Assembly (NCBI RefSeq): GCF_001194135.2
Contig: NC_068997.1
Coordinates: 47,688,521 to 47,729,166, forward strand
Direction of reading: 5' to 3'
DNA from: Octopus bimaculoides
Lineage: Eukaryota
DNA: 40,646 nucleotides
A program made the translations under genes and the position numbers. The notes under the pieces are model-generated. The model saw only the letters and a program-made list of their open reading frames with translations, was not told where the DNA came from and ran no database searches. This document shows, piece by piece, positions 1 to 12,617 of this stretch (positions are counted from its first letter, which is position 1; each line of letters begins with the position of its first letter).

Positions 1-75
1 TATATATATATATATATATATATATATACGTACAAATATATATATACATATATATATATATACAAATATATATAT

Positions 76-138
<63 letters not shown>

Positions 139-168
139 GTGTGTGTGTGTGTACACACACGCACACAC
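1..168. repeat. (TA)n/(CA)n/(TG)n compound microsatellite
   Basis: Directly visible. Confidence 0.95.
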
Positions 169-517
169 CAAACTTTAACCTTGATTTTGGTGAAAAAAGG
201 ACGGAGTTTTATGTGAAGCTTTGTAATACTTTGAAAACCAGAGAGATTGTGTAGGTGTACTTAAAATGTAAAATACTTCTTTTAGATAAATAAACAGCCA
301 TAAAGAAGCTTACAGTGGTGTTCTGACAGGTGTATATAAAACATTGTGCCATGGACAGTCTCTCTATTCAGTTCAGGATTTGGTTGCCAAGCACGATTAC
401 AGGTAAGTTCACCATGCACAAAGTTCACCACGAAGTAAGTTTACCAAGAAAATATAGCCATAATATCTCACAATAAAATAGCTAAAAAACAATTTTATTG
501 GAAAAAAAACAAAAAAC

Positions 518-814
518 GGTGAATTGACGAAGGTGAACTTTCTCTGTGGTGAATTGATGACAGTGACTTTTACATGCAGTGAATTGATGATGAATTTTCC
601 CTGTGGTGAATTAATGAAAATGAACTTTCCCTGTAGTGAATTGATGACGGTATGACAGTGAACTTTCCCTGTAATGAATTGATGATGGTGAACTTTCCCT
701 GTGGTGAATTAATGAGGGTGAACTTTTTCTCTGACAAATTAATGACTGTGAACTTTTCCTGTGGCAAATTAATGATGGTGAACTTTCCATGTGGTGAATT
801 GATGACAGTGAACT
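518..814 (+). repeat. 30-bp minisatellite, about 10 units (consensus GGTGAATTGATGACGGTGAACTTTCCCTGT)
   Basis: Visible 30-bp periodicity, which produces the three overlapping 10-aa-repeat ORFs in the track. Confidence 0.93.
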
Positions 815-1020
815 CAATGGACATGGACCAAGCACTGTCTGAGACATATGGAGTTGTCCAGCTGTCAAATCATCATCAAAGAACTGATCCAAGAGAGTAT
901 GAACCAAAATCAGTCTTTTAAAACTACATCAAGTGCCTGAAGACAGTTAGGGTGGTGGTGATGGGATGGAATTGAATAAGAGCCCATTATTGTGCTCAAT
1001 GCAAGTGGAAATTACATTGG

Positions 1021-1212
1021 TTGACCCTTGAACATTTAAACCAACCGTATCTGGCCCAAACCAAGCAGATCTAGCCTTTCACACCTCTCCTACAATGTCG
1101 TCTAAAAATAAACAATCACATGGTTGAAATCTCAAAGCTATGTCAATACATGATTGATCCAAGACAATGTAAATAAATATCATGTTTGACAATCTATATG
1201 CTTGAGGGTTAA
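1021..1212. mobile_element. Older, shorter family-1 piggyBac-like MITE
   Basis: ttgacccttgaacatttaaa ... atatgcttgagggttaa. Shares ctacaatgtc, gaaatctcaaagcta and aaataaat blocks with the 14.8-15.7 kb copies. Confidence 0.7.
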
Positions 1213-1562
1213 TGATGATGATGGTTAATAAAAAAAAAAAGAAAGAATCCTAAGTAGTTTGAGCACAAACATCCAGAAAATATGAACTGATAACAATTAA
1301 CAAAACTGGGGAGACAAGCTATGTAGCTATATGTTATCAGACAATCCACATCTAATAATTAACATGTGTTTCTTCAGTTACTGAAATTACAGTGTTGAAG
1401 TAGGAGGCTGTCAAACTGCAAATAGAGAGTGAGTAGGAGTGAGAGGTGGCAATGAACAAATATTTTACTTTTATCTTAGTTCTAATAAACTAAATTTTAT
1501 TTGATCATTTGCTTGTTTTATGTCTATTTCCCATGCTAACAAGGATTAAACAAATATGTATA

Positions 1563-2022
1563 TATCATCATCGTTTAACATCCGCTTTCCATGCTAGCAT
1601 GGGTTGGACGATTTGACTGAGGACTGGTGAACCGGATGGCTACACCAGGCTGCAATCTGATCTAGCAGAGTTTCAACAGCTGGATACCCTTCCTAACGCC
1701 AACCACTCTGAGAATGTAGTGGGTGCTTTTACGTGCCATCGGCATGAGGGCCAGTCAGGTGGTACTGGCAACAGCCACGTTCAAAATGGTGTTTTTTATG
1801 TGCCACCTGCACAGGAACCAGTCCAGTGGCACTGGCAACGACCTCATTCGAATGTTTTCTAATGTGCCACCGGCACAAGTGCCAGTAAGGCGACGCTGGT
1901 AATGATCACGCTCAAATGGTGCTATTTACGTGCCACTAGCACGGAAGCCGGACAGCTGCTCTGGCAAGGATCACGCTTGAACGGTGCTGTTAGTGCTCCA
2001 CTGGCACAGGTGCCAGTCATCG
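1563..2022 (-). mobile_element. RTE-LINE-derived 3' end (SINE-like copy)
   Basis: catcatcgtttaacatccgctttccatgctagcatgggttggacg... with internal ggcac/gtgcc sub-repeats. Same family as 35570, 37213 and 38990. Confidence 0.85.
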
Positions 2023-2061
<39 letters not shown>

Positions 2062-2157
2062 ATACATATTCTTTCTTACTTTTTTTTTTGACTGCGGCCA
2101 TGCTGGGGCATCACCTTAAAGGGTGTTAGTTGATGAAATCAACTCCAGGACTATTGA

Positions 2158-2694
2158 AATGTTAAATGTCATAAACAGTGGCTTGGTAAAAGGGAAAAAG
2201 CTCAACCACAACCGAGAAGGGAACTTCATGAAAAAAAAAGGTTCTTCTCTCAATTTGGTGGGATTGCAAAGGAGTAATTCACTTTGAATTGTTACCACCA
2301 AATGCAACAATCAATGCTCAAGTCTACTGTCAGCAATTAGAGTGTTTGAACCAAGCTTTGAAGAAAAAGAAACCCACTTTAGTGAAATGAAAAGGAGTGA
2401 TGTTTCATCTGGACAATGCACGACCCCACACTGCAAAGATCACATCACAGAAGATTGAAGAGCTTGGTTGGGAAAAAATTCCTCATCCACCTTATTCTCC
2501 CAACCTTGCTCCTTCAGACTACCATTCGTTTCATAGCTTACAGAATCATTTGGGGAACATAACTTTCGCAAGCCAGGAGGAGGTCGAAACTGACATTTCA
2601 GAGTTCTTCTCTTTGAAACCAAAAGAGTTTTACATTGATGGGATTAAAAAGCTTGTAAATAGATGGAAGGAAGTCATAGATAATCACGGAAAGT
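2158..2694 (+). mobile_element. Mariner (DD34D-type) transposase relic, catalytic half
   Basis: Translates to KQWLG...LHEKK..LLSIWWDCKGVIHFELL...HLDNARPH...HPPYSPNLAPSDYH...RWKEVIDNHGK, with a frameshift and an in-frame stop. Runs into the N gap. Confidence 0.93.
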
Positions 2695-3471
2695 NNNNNN
2701 NNNNNNNNNNNNNNNNNNNNNNNNNNNNNNNNNNNNNNNNNNNNNNNNNNNNNNNNNNNNNNNNNNNNNNNNNNNNNNNNNNNNNNNNNNNNNNNNNNNN
2801 NNNNNNNNNNNNNNNNNNNNNNNNNNNNNNNNNNNNNNNNNNNNNNNNNNNNNNNNNNNNNNNNNNNNNNNNNNNNNNNNNNNNNNNNNNNNNNNNNNNN
2901 NNNNNNNNNNNNNNNNNNNNNNNNNNNNNNNNNNNNNNNNNNNNNNNNNNNNNNNNNNNNNNNNNNNNNNNNNNNNNNNNNNNNNNNNNNNNNNNNNNNN
3001 NNNNNNNNNNNNNNNNNNNNNNNNNNNNNNNNNNNNNNNNNNNNNNNNNNNNNNNNNNNNNNNNNNNNNNNNNNNNNNNNNNNNNNNNNNNNNNNNNNNN
3101 NNNNNNNNNNNNNNNNNNNNNNNNNNNNNNNNNNNNNNNNNNNNNNNNNNNNNNNNNNNNNNNNNNNNNNNNNNNNNNNNNNNNNNNNNNNNNNNNNNNN
3201 NNNNNNNNNNNNNNNNNNNNNNNNNNNNNNNNNNNNNNNNNNNNNNNNNNNNNNNNNNNNNNNNNNNNNNNNNNNNNNNNNNNNNNNNNNNNNNNNNNNN
3301 NNNNNNNNNNNNNNNNNNNNNNNNNNNNNNNNNNNNNNNNNNNNNNNNNNNNNNNNNNNNNNNNNNNNNNNNNNNNNNNNNNNNNNNNNNNNNNNNNNNN
3401 NNNNNNNNNNNNNNNNNNNNNNNNNNNNNNNNNNNNNNNNNNNNNNNNNNNNNNNNNNNNNCATAACAAAA
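2695..3471. other. Assembly gap (N run). Other gaps at about 3924-3933, 15068-15077, 16831-17197, 19675-19747, 27522-27617 and 30702-31209.
   Basis: Runs of n in the sequence. These could hide additional exons. Confidence 0.99.
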
Positions 3472-4970
3472 GTTATTGTTTCATTTATCACTGACTGAAC
3501 CTGTTGAGCAAGTAACCCTAATATTAAACAAGGAACAGAAGCTCTTCTGTTCTGCTCTGTTCCGTTCTTACAGATAGTTATCAAAAGCCTGGTTGAGTAC
3601 AAACTTACTACATGTAGTTTAAAGTGGGTTGATGAATGAGTAAGACAGGCAGGCATATAATGCAGTGAATGGTTTTGCAAATAACTTGGGTTAGTAATAG
3701 TAAACAGATTAAGGATCACACATGTATATGCATGTGCACGTGTGCATGTATCTTTGAGCTTGAGTGCATTAAAATGAAAGAGTAAATAGTCAAGCTTAGA
3801 CAAAGATAAAAAGTAGCATGACTCAAGAACGTATGAGCATAGATCTGTGCGCGTGAGTGTGTGTAACACGTTTTATTTATGTATGTATTTATGTTGATGT
3901 CTACACATAAACATGTCAAAAAANNNNNNNNNNTATATATATATATATATATATTATATATGGTAGAGAGAAAGAGAGATGTCACAAAATTGTACATATA
4001 GAGAACTAGAAATGCTTCTGGGAATTCAATGGCACTTGACAGATATGGTGTTTTTACAACTTTTACTATAAGAGGGAATTTTTTTCTCCACTGCAACTTC
4101 AGTGAATTTTTCTTTAGAAGTTGAAATATGTCAAACATTTCTAGTCACTTACAGTTCGCTTATGTGAAACACTGTTTGGCACTGATACTTCTGAATATGC
4201 GTGTGTATACATGCATGCATACATACATACATACATATAAGTACACATATACATATGCACACATTTATGTATACGTGTATCCTTTTTCCATAAGAACCTC
4301 AACTCCAGGTAGCTTTGTAGGAACACCTTTGTATGACTTGATGTATTTTGCCCATTGAAACATGGCAGTGCCCCAATCTCTCCAGATCTGAGTAGATCCA
4401 ATTTCTTGCAGAAAAAAGGAGAGGAAGAAAGATAGATTGACCTTACTATTGTCACAATATTTATAAAATTCCTGGCATTAAGGTATCACAAAAGGCCTGG
4501 TTGGAAGCCCAACCTTCTGGGTTCTTTTATAGGGCTCAGAAAAACTGAAGGACTGCTGCAAAATGTATGTGAACCCAAGAGGGGAATATGTTGAGTAAAA
4601 TCATAACTGATTCTCCTGTATTTTCTTTTATTGAAGGCCAGGACTTTTTCAGCATCCCACCTCATAGATGGTCCTTCATTAGCTTGACAGGTACTAACAT
4701 TGTTGTTTGTCCTCAAACTGCTCTGTTTTAACCAGTGCTGCAACCTAAGACATTCTAGCCATGCCCCATCCATCTTTGTAGTCTCAGTTTATCTGAAGCT
4801 TTATCATTCGATATTCTCTTTTTCCTCTTTTTATTTTTTTCTTCTTCGTTATAGACAGTAGGATTTGATTCGAGAGATATTCGGCTGCTATTTCTAACAC
4901 ATCAAGTAATCACAGTGCAGGCTTCACCATTACTTTGACATGCACAAATGTTTGGCAAGGTGGTGTCATG

Positions 4971-5003
<33 letters not shown>

Positions 5004-5519
5004 GTTTCTAACTTACTTGGTTTTACAGGAAGGAGACCTCAACAACAACAAAGAAATGGCAGCTAAATGTCCTCACAATATTCAATGTTATGTATTTCCT
5101 CCGTCGAATTGCAATTATATTCTCTTTCCTGGAGAAGCTCATTCTGTAGTTTTCTGTGCTCTTTCAAGGCTGAACAGCATTAACATATTATTTAACTACA
5201 GCTTCCATTGATTTCTCTCCCTCTAAGCAACCACTACATCATTACCTGTGTGTTTTCCATTCAAGTTTACCAGCTGTTACCATCAGATATGTGGACATTA
5301 TTGATTTTGATTAAGAAAGGTGACCATCAGCCCCACCTCCATCCACTCATACACACACACACGTACAGACATATGTATATATACATACATATGCATATAC
5401 ATACATACATATGCATATACCTACACACATACCTAGTTACATCACTGATTCAATCTCGACCCTTGCAAACCTGACATGCTATTAATTTCATTTTGTATTG
5501 GTCACAACATGGCGAAAAA

Positions 5520-5940
5520 TCAATAAAGTAGTGGTGATGGTGGTGGTGGTGGTGGTGGTGGTGGTATTGATGGCAGTGGTGAAGGTAGTGGTGGTGTTGG
5601 TAATAGTGGTGATGGTGGAGGTGGTTAAAATGTTGGTGGTGGTATTGGTAATAATGGTGATGGTGGTGGTGGTTGTGGTGGTATTGATGGTAGTAGTGGT
5701 GTTGATAATAGTGGTGATGGTATATACATACATACATATGTATATACATGCACACATACATACACACATACATGCATACGCACACACACACATACCTAGT
5801 TACAACACTGTTGATGGTGGTTGTGGTGGTGTTAGTAATGGTGGTGATGGTGGTAGTAGTGGTAATGGTGGTGGTGGTATTGATGGTTGTGGCAGTGGTG
5901 GTGTTGGTAGTAGTGGTGATGGTAGTAGTGGTAATAGATT
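5520..5940. repeat. Degenerate (GGT/GAT/AGT)n trinucleotide tract interrupted by (CA/TA)n
   Basis: Low-complexity DNA that generates the poly-V/T/H ORFs. Confidence 0.9.
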
Positions 5941-5949
5941 TCAATTTTA

Positions 5950-6345
5950 GTTATCTTCTTATCTTTTACCTGTTTCAATCATTGGACTGCGACCATGCTG
6001 GGGCACTGCCATGTAAGGTTTAGTTGAACATATCCACACCTGTACCTGCTTTAAAGTTTAGTACTTATTTTATCAGTTTCTTATGCTAGACTGTTAAGTT
6101 ACAGGGATGTAAATGAACAAACACTAGTCATCAAACAATCAGGAGGAGACAAATACAAACACACACACACAAAATATTCATCATCGTCATCATCATCATT
6201 ATCATTTAAGGCCCGTTTTCCATGCCAGCATGGGTTGGACAGGAACTGGCAAGGCCAGGGACCATGCCAGGTTCCCTAGTCTGTTTTGGCTTGATTTCTA
6301 TGGCTGGATGCCCTTCCTAATGCCATGCCAACCACTCCACAGAGT

Positions 6346-6385
<40 letters not shown>

Positions 6386-6710
6386 TATGTTTGTGTAAAT
6401 AGGAAAAATAGAACTCAAAATATGAGTAAAATATGTATATTTTAACTAATATTCAGTGGAAGCAACAGAGTGACTTAAGGTCTGGAAGTTTTGTCACGAC
6501 ACTCTCAGACCTTGAGTCACTCTGTTACTTCTGCTAAATATTAATAAATAGATAAATATTATGCACACATACACACACAATGACAAGCTTCTACACAGTT
6601 TCCATGTATCAAATTCAATCACAAAGAGAATTGCCAAAGATGTTGTGCAGTGGGATTGAATCCAAAATCAATTAAATGGTTGCAAAATGGGTTTCTTAGC
6701 CACACAGGAA
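5950..6710 (-). mobile_element. SINE family A fragments: 3' half (about 5950-6170) and 5' half (about 6560-6710)
   Basis: Family A tail and head blocks separated by an RTE-tail copy, a (TA)n run and other sequence. Confidence 0.6.
6178..6345 (-). mobile_element. Short RTE-tail family copy
   Basis: (CAT)n, ttttccatgccagcatgggttggac and ggatgcccttcctaatgcc...aaccactccac blocks. Confidence 0.7.
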
Positions 6711-7850
6711 AATTTCACTACAAGATCGTTAAAGTGCAAGAAAACAAAATTGTGATTTACGACAATAACTCATACATGAAGATTGCAAAATACACAAGAA
6801 GTATTCACTTGTATGATTCGGTTATCAAATAAATAATATATTGACATCACACATATTGAATACAATAAATGATAAGGAAGTTTATAAAATCTATGACAAG
6901 TGAAATTAATGAAGGGAACTCAAACAATATTATAAGTAAGTACTTTAGTTCTATTGTGGGATCATACATTTGTATCCATTAGTTGAGCGAGATCTTAAAT
7001 CTTGCTACCACAAATGTCAAATTACAAAAGCCTTTTAAATACAATGTTGCTGGCCTTGTAACAAGACTGCAGAGACAACAAACAAAATAGTTTACCTACA
7101 CAATGAGTCATTGAAGGCAGCATTTATATAGTCGCTCAAAATAGAAACCAGCTCTCTCTCAGATCACACCATAATGTCTTAACCCTTTGCCCATTCAAAG
7201 TATTTTCATAAGTTTGTCTTAAACATCCGTGCTTGTTACCAGATTTTTAGTTAACTCTTGTTTCGTATGTTCTGAGTAATATAAAGCTTTCCTTTTGTAA
7301 GTCTCAAGTTAGACTGTTGGTTGAAAAATATTGGGGATGTGTACCATATATGATGCAAGGATGCTAGAGAAATATGTCCTATGTATCACATGTGAAACAA
7401 AGGATTACAAAAGGAAGGACACAAAACATAGAATAATTTTATTTTAAATACAATGTATCAGTAAAGAAAAGACTGTTACAGTCCAAATGCTTTTAGTTCT
7501 AGGTTTGTTGGATCAGGAGCCCACATAGAAAGGAAGTTTATATATCAACAAAACAATTGCGGAATGCTCAAATACTATAACAACAGACTAAATATATAAA
7601 ACATAGGGTAAATTTACAGAAAATCAAAAGACAAAGACAGGTGTATTAGTTTGATGCTCAGGAAAGTTAGGAAGTCTTTTATGTTTCAAGCCTAAGCTCT
7701 TCAACAGGAAAGAATAAGAGAAAATAAACAGAGAGAATAAAAAAAAACTTGTGGATTTAGCAGTCAAACATATATTTATCCACAAGCATAGATAGGTGAA
7801 CTCATGTTATTAGTAGTTTCAAAGTCAATCAAACAAACCCTAAAAACCCT

Positions 7851-8235
7851 ATGGTTGTGTGGTAAGAAGCTTGCTTCCCAACTACATGGTTCTGGGTTCA
7901 GTTCCACTGCATGGCACCATAGGTAAGTGTCTTCTACTACATACAGCCTTGGGCTGACCAAAGCCTTGTGAGTGGATTTGGTAGACGACAACTGAAAGAA
8001 GCTCATCATAGATATATATTGCATAAGTGTGAGTGTGTGTCTTTGTGTCCGTAGTTGTTCCCCACCACTGCTTGACAACCAGTGCTGGTATGTTTACATC
8101 CCTATTACTTAGTGGTACAGGAAAAGGGGTCAATAGAAAATAAAAGTACTGGGGTCGATTCATATGACTAAAAAAATTCTTTGAGGTGGTGCCCTAGCAT
8201 GGCCGCAGTCTAATGACTGACGCATGAACAAGAAA
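7851..8235 (+). mobile_element. tRNA-headed SINE, family A
   Basis: Head tggttgtgtggtaagaagcttgcttccc...ggttcagttccactgc, central microsatellite, tail ccagcatggccgcagtc..atgactga. Many dispersed copies in the window. Confidence 0.85.
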
Positions 8236-9758
8236 AAAGAAAAAGAAAATATTCTTAAAGCTTATAATGTGATGTATGTACATACACAAGCACACATGCA
8301 AAATACAGGGGACATAAACTCTATATTCAATAGCACAGATAAGCTGACTTTGAGGGCAATAATTGTGAATAAGAACTGCTATAGAGTAGACATAATACTT
8401 GAGTTCTGCCACATCAAACCTCTCTTGTTCTGGGTGTGTGATAAAAAAATCACCAGGTCCATGCTGTAAGACGTATACAACAAGTACGGCCAGTTTTCCC
8501 TGTTGCAACGTGAATCACATGATAAAAAAGTATTGTAATGTATGTCAGTCACATGATAAGAACTATTGTAGAGAGTCCCAGACAAGGAGTGCAATGAGAC
8601 AAGCGTGAGTGTCAGATGAGTGCAATGTGTGTGAGACAACAAGGACTGCAAGAGCTGTCCAACTCATATCAGCAGACAGAAATTGTGACGCAAATTGGTA
8701 ATGGTGATTTCTAACTCATAACGAGTGATACAATTGCTCAATGACTGATATCAGTAATGAGATTTAACTATAAAACCTTTTTTACAAAATAAGCACAAAA
8801 ATATCAGTTATTTCTTTTAATTTCCAAGTAATGGCTCCACCTAAGTTACCATTGTGTTTTAATAGGGCGTGGATACTTTAAAACTGCTCTGTTGTTCATA
8901 TCTATAACAATCTACACTCCATTGAGCACTTTTGAAGAGCAATAAAAGCTACAAAAATATATATAGACACAAAATAAAATGTTATTGTCATTGTGAATGA
9001 AAGACGTAACAGGGCTAATTGTTTGGTGTCGGTTCTAAACTTAGCCTTTATTGGACATTAAGAAAAAAAAACAAAATCAACTGAAAGGTTTCTATGGATT
9101 TTAAAGCTGTATTTATAGTTTGGTTGGCTTCCAGATATTTCCATACAATGTCTATTAAAATCCAGTGTCACAACATTAATTAATAACATTAATGAAGATT
9201 AGTAACAGAGATTTTCACCCAACTCTACCAATCTCAACCTTCTGAAATCCATTCTCTAACCTGCTTTTCTTCTTTCTTTTTTTACTACCCTGCAAATGTT
9301 GACTTAGAAATGTTCATGCTGGATATCAACCATATTGATGTCTTGGAAGTCCAGCAAAAGTCATGAGCAATACTCTTAGGCCCTCAACAAAAGTCAGAGT
9401 TAAGTATTTCATTTATAATCACAATGGGATCCTTGTCACAAACAAACTCACACAACTGGAAGAGAAAATGTGGCATAGCTCGGATGGTTTGATAAATTAT
9501 TGATTCTTGTCTTGTAGGAGCATATATATAATCATTCAACCTGCTAAAAATAAGAGCCAAGTAAAATCACACCTCACATTTTTGTTTCTTTTTAAAAATA
9601 CAAAAACAGCATATCCAACAAAAAAAAACCCAATAAAATACAGGAGACTTCCAACTAGAATACTTTTAATTAATTGGAGCTGATTTGGGTTAAATAACAA
9701 CCAGTATTAGCCATTTTAACTCCAAGTAATCAATAGGGACGGGATATAAAAGTCTTAC

Positions 9759-9934
9759 CTGACTTTCCAGGCTCTGATAGCACTCTGGATATTGGTGGCA
9801 GATCTTATGGTCCTTGTAAACTTCTTACGGACTATGAATGCCCTCACAGTTCGCTGTATGGACAAAATAGCTTCATCCTGTACAGAACGGGAGGCTTTTT
9901 CTAGATGTTGTTCAAACGCTTCTTTCAGGAAAAC
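9759..9934 (-). CDS. MYO15: Internal exon of the same myosin, converter end plus two IQ motifs: VFLKEAFEQHLEKASRSVQDEAILSIQRTVRAFIVRKKFTRTIRSATNIQSAIRAWKV(R)
   Basis: Acceptor attttattaacag and donor AG|gtaaga. 176 nt, phase 0 in and phase 2 out, open frame. IQRTVRAFIVR and IQSAIRAWKVR lie 23 residues apart, the typical lever-arm spacing. It is missing from the ORF track because it has no start codon. Confidence 0.93.
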
Positions 9935-10458
9935 CTGTTAATAAAATAAAATAAAATAAAAAAAAAACATATATGATTAATATATATTTATTTTACTTTG
10001 ATATAGATCCAAAATGAATTTACAAATAACAAAACAAAAATGAAACAATAAAAAAGTGGGGCAGAGCAAGCATAGCCCCCTATAACACCCACCCCTCCTA
10101 AAGATCACATTTAACTACCTGCCATCTAGAAAATAGTTTCCAGATTACGAACATAGTATTATTTACATTCCTTGAATATCATGTTAAACAATAGTTTGTT
10201 ATGAAATCAATAGGTAAAATATACAGCGAAGGGTATATAGTATAGTTATACACCTACAAGGTGTGGCTCTCTGTACGTGTGTGTGTATATACATGTGTGT
10301 ATGTGCATATTTGTGTATACATAACTAGCAACTAAATTTAGACGTGATCAAAGGATTGGTATGAAGAAAAAGAAATCTCTGTTATGTATGGGAATAATTC
10401 TATATGAATGAGGAAAACAAAAAAACTGAGCCAACAAAATGCTTACAACAAAAGTTAC

Positions 10459-11688
10459 TATTGGATCATCTCATAAATCATGCGGTTTTTTTTATACTTC
10501 TTTTATTCTTCAGAATTAAGATAAATAAAGTTCTTTTTGAATCTGAAATATACTCTCCTTCGTTTTCTACAATGCTCTTCCATCTTTCTGGTAGACTTGC
10601 AAGGCCCCTCTTCCAAAATTCACTTGTCCATGAAGTAAAATACTCCTCCAGTACTGTTCTGATCTCATCAACAGGATTTATATTTTTTCCATCCAAATGA
10701 TTTTGAAAACAGCAGAATAAATGATAATCAAAAGGGGCAATGTCTGGCGAATATGGTGGCTGGAGCATCGTTTCCCATTCAAACGGCTCCAGTCTTTGGA
10801 ATTCTCATCCTCACTGTATGTGGCTGAGCATTATCCTGATGGAAGAACACCTTTAGTCTTGAAACCAAAGATGGTCGTTTTTCTTCTAGTGCTGACTTAA
10901 GGATGTGGATTAAACCTTTCTTATCCCACCAAACAGATAACACCTTTCTTGGGTGAAGACCTTCTTTAGCCTGGGGTGCAAGTGTTTCTCCTTTCCCTAC
11001 CCACTGTCTTGTTGCTTGACATTTTTATAGAAAACCCATTTCTCGTCACCAGTCACTATTCGGTCCAAAAAAGATTCATTCATGAGACGTGACAGCAAAG
11101 AAGAGCACACATTCACTTTCTGTGCACAATTAGACTCAGGAAGTTTGTGAGGAACTCATTGACCCAATTTGCTGACTTTTCCAATGGCACGCAGGTATCG
11201 ATGAATGGTTGAATGACCAAACCCAAGCTTCTCTGCTAGTTCCTCAACAGTTACATTGGGATTTTGTTCCACCAAGTTTTGCAGGACATCCTTGTCAAGC
11301 TCTGCAGATCTTCCATGATGAGGCTCATCTTCTAGGCTGTAGTTTCCAGCTCAGAATTTCTGGAACCACAATTGACACTGGCTTACACTTATTGTCCGAT
11401 CCCCATATACTGCATTGATATTCCTCGCACTTTCTATTGTGTTGTTGACTTTATTGAACTCATAAAGCAAAATATGCCAAATTTGCTCCTTTGTCACTTC
11501 CATTATGGCTTTGAAAAATAACTGCTAAAATCGAACTGCACTCTTTAAAACTTGCACTAAGAATAAGGACAAGGTAAAATTACTACCTGCTTCTATGGCA
11601 AGTTGATGCAAGTATTTTATCCCATCCCGCTCTGACTTATAGTTCATGCAACTGAGAAAAACCGCATTATTTATGGGATGACCCAATA
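10459..11688 (-). mobile_element. Near full-length degenerate mariner with both TIRs
   Basis: TIRs tattggatcatctcataaatcatgcggttttt (10459-10490) and the reverse complement tattgggtcatcccataaataatgcggttttt (11657-11688), TA ends included. Minus-strand motifs MEVTKEQIWHILLYEFNK, IVTGDEKWVFY, SVWWD, HQDNAQPH and PPYSPDIAPFDYHLF, with frameshifts. Confidence 0.93.
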
Positions 11689-11732
11689 TATTGAGTCAAT
11701 GAAGGAGACATCAGTGTCGTAAATTCTGTTCA

Positions 11733-12115
11733 TTATCTTTTTCCAGGCTGCAACCATGCTGGAGCATTGCCTCAAAGAGTTTTAGTCAGATGGCTCGATT
11801 CCAGTATTTATTTTTATTTTTAAAGTTTGGTATTTAGTCCATTGGTCTCATTTGCCAAACTGCTACATTACGGAGATGTAAACAAACCAACAGTGGGTGA
11901 GGGTGACAAACACAGCCATAAAGACACATACACACACCCACATGCATGCGTTTCTTTATAATGGGCTTCTTCTGGTTTTCGTCTACCAAATCCACTCACA
12001 AGGTTTTTGGTTAACCTAGGGCTATAGAAGGCACTTGTCCAAGATGCTATGGAGTGGGACTGAACCTAGAATCATATGGTTGGGAAGCATACTTCTTACC
12101 ACACAACCACACTTG
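11733..12115 (-). mobile_element. SINE family A
   Basis: Reverse-complement copy with the same head, body and tail blocks. Confidence 0.8.
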
Positions 12116-12617
12116 TATCAAGTGTATCTCACACCCTCCCCGCTACTACCACCAAATTCCTTTGATCTTCGAAATTCACTGTGAATATTTTTATATGGGT
12201 GTAGGAATGGTTGGGTGGTTAAGATATTTACTTTGGAACTACTTAGTTTCAGGTTCAATTCCAGAGCACAGCATCTTGGGCAAGTATCTTCTATCATACT
12301 CTTGGGCCTAATAACACTGTAGATAGGACCTGATAGGGGGAAATTACATGGAATCCTACGCTACTAATTGGGACCTTGTGTATATGTTCCAGCATGGCCA
12401 CAGTCTAATGACTGAAACAAGAAAAAGATAAAAGGTAAAAAGATGATTGATAAACTTAAATGCACCACCTGGCTCTTAGGTACTTTCAGCCAAGTTCAGC
12501 CTATTTCAAGTCTTTGGGCCAAATGACCACACAAGCTTTTCATCTCTCACTCCACAAGACATGGAGGCTCCAAGAGGTTGGGACTGAGTGTTTATTGTCT
12601 TCTACTGACTGAGTCAT

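Noticed and set aside
570-921. Three overlapping ORFs with 10-aa repeats
   Set aside because: By-product of the 30-bp minisatellite.
1380-1415. 34-nt minus-strand segment with a strong acceptor and a GTAACT donor (similar case at about 28825-28858)
   Set aside because: The peptides (LTASYFNTVIS and FMGLLTSMETQ) do not fit the myosin, and such sites are frequent by chance in AT-rich introns.
2397-3869. Long ORFs of 261-423 aa in the track (likewise 16680-17429 and 30481-31267)
   Set aside because: They run through N gaps. The only real content is the mariner relic.
4486-4773. 95-aa minus-strand ORF
   Set aside because: No recognisable motif or splice sites. It may be a decayed LINE fragment, but I cannot support a call.
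5450-6023. Poly-Thr/Val/His/Gly ORFs, also at 17468-18621
   Set aside because: Translations of trinucleotide microsatellites with no splice context or domain.
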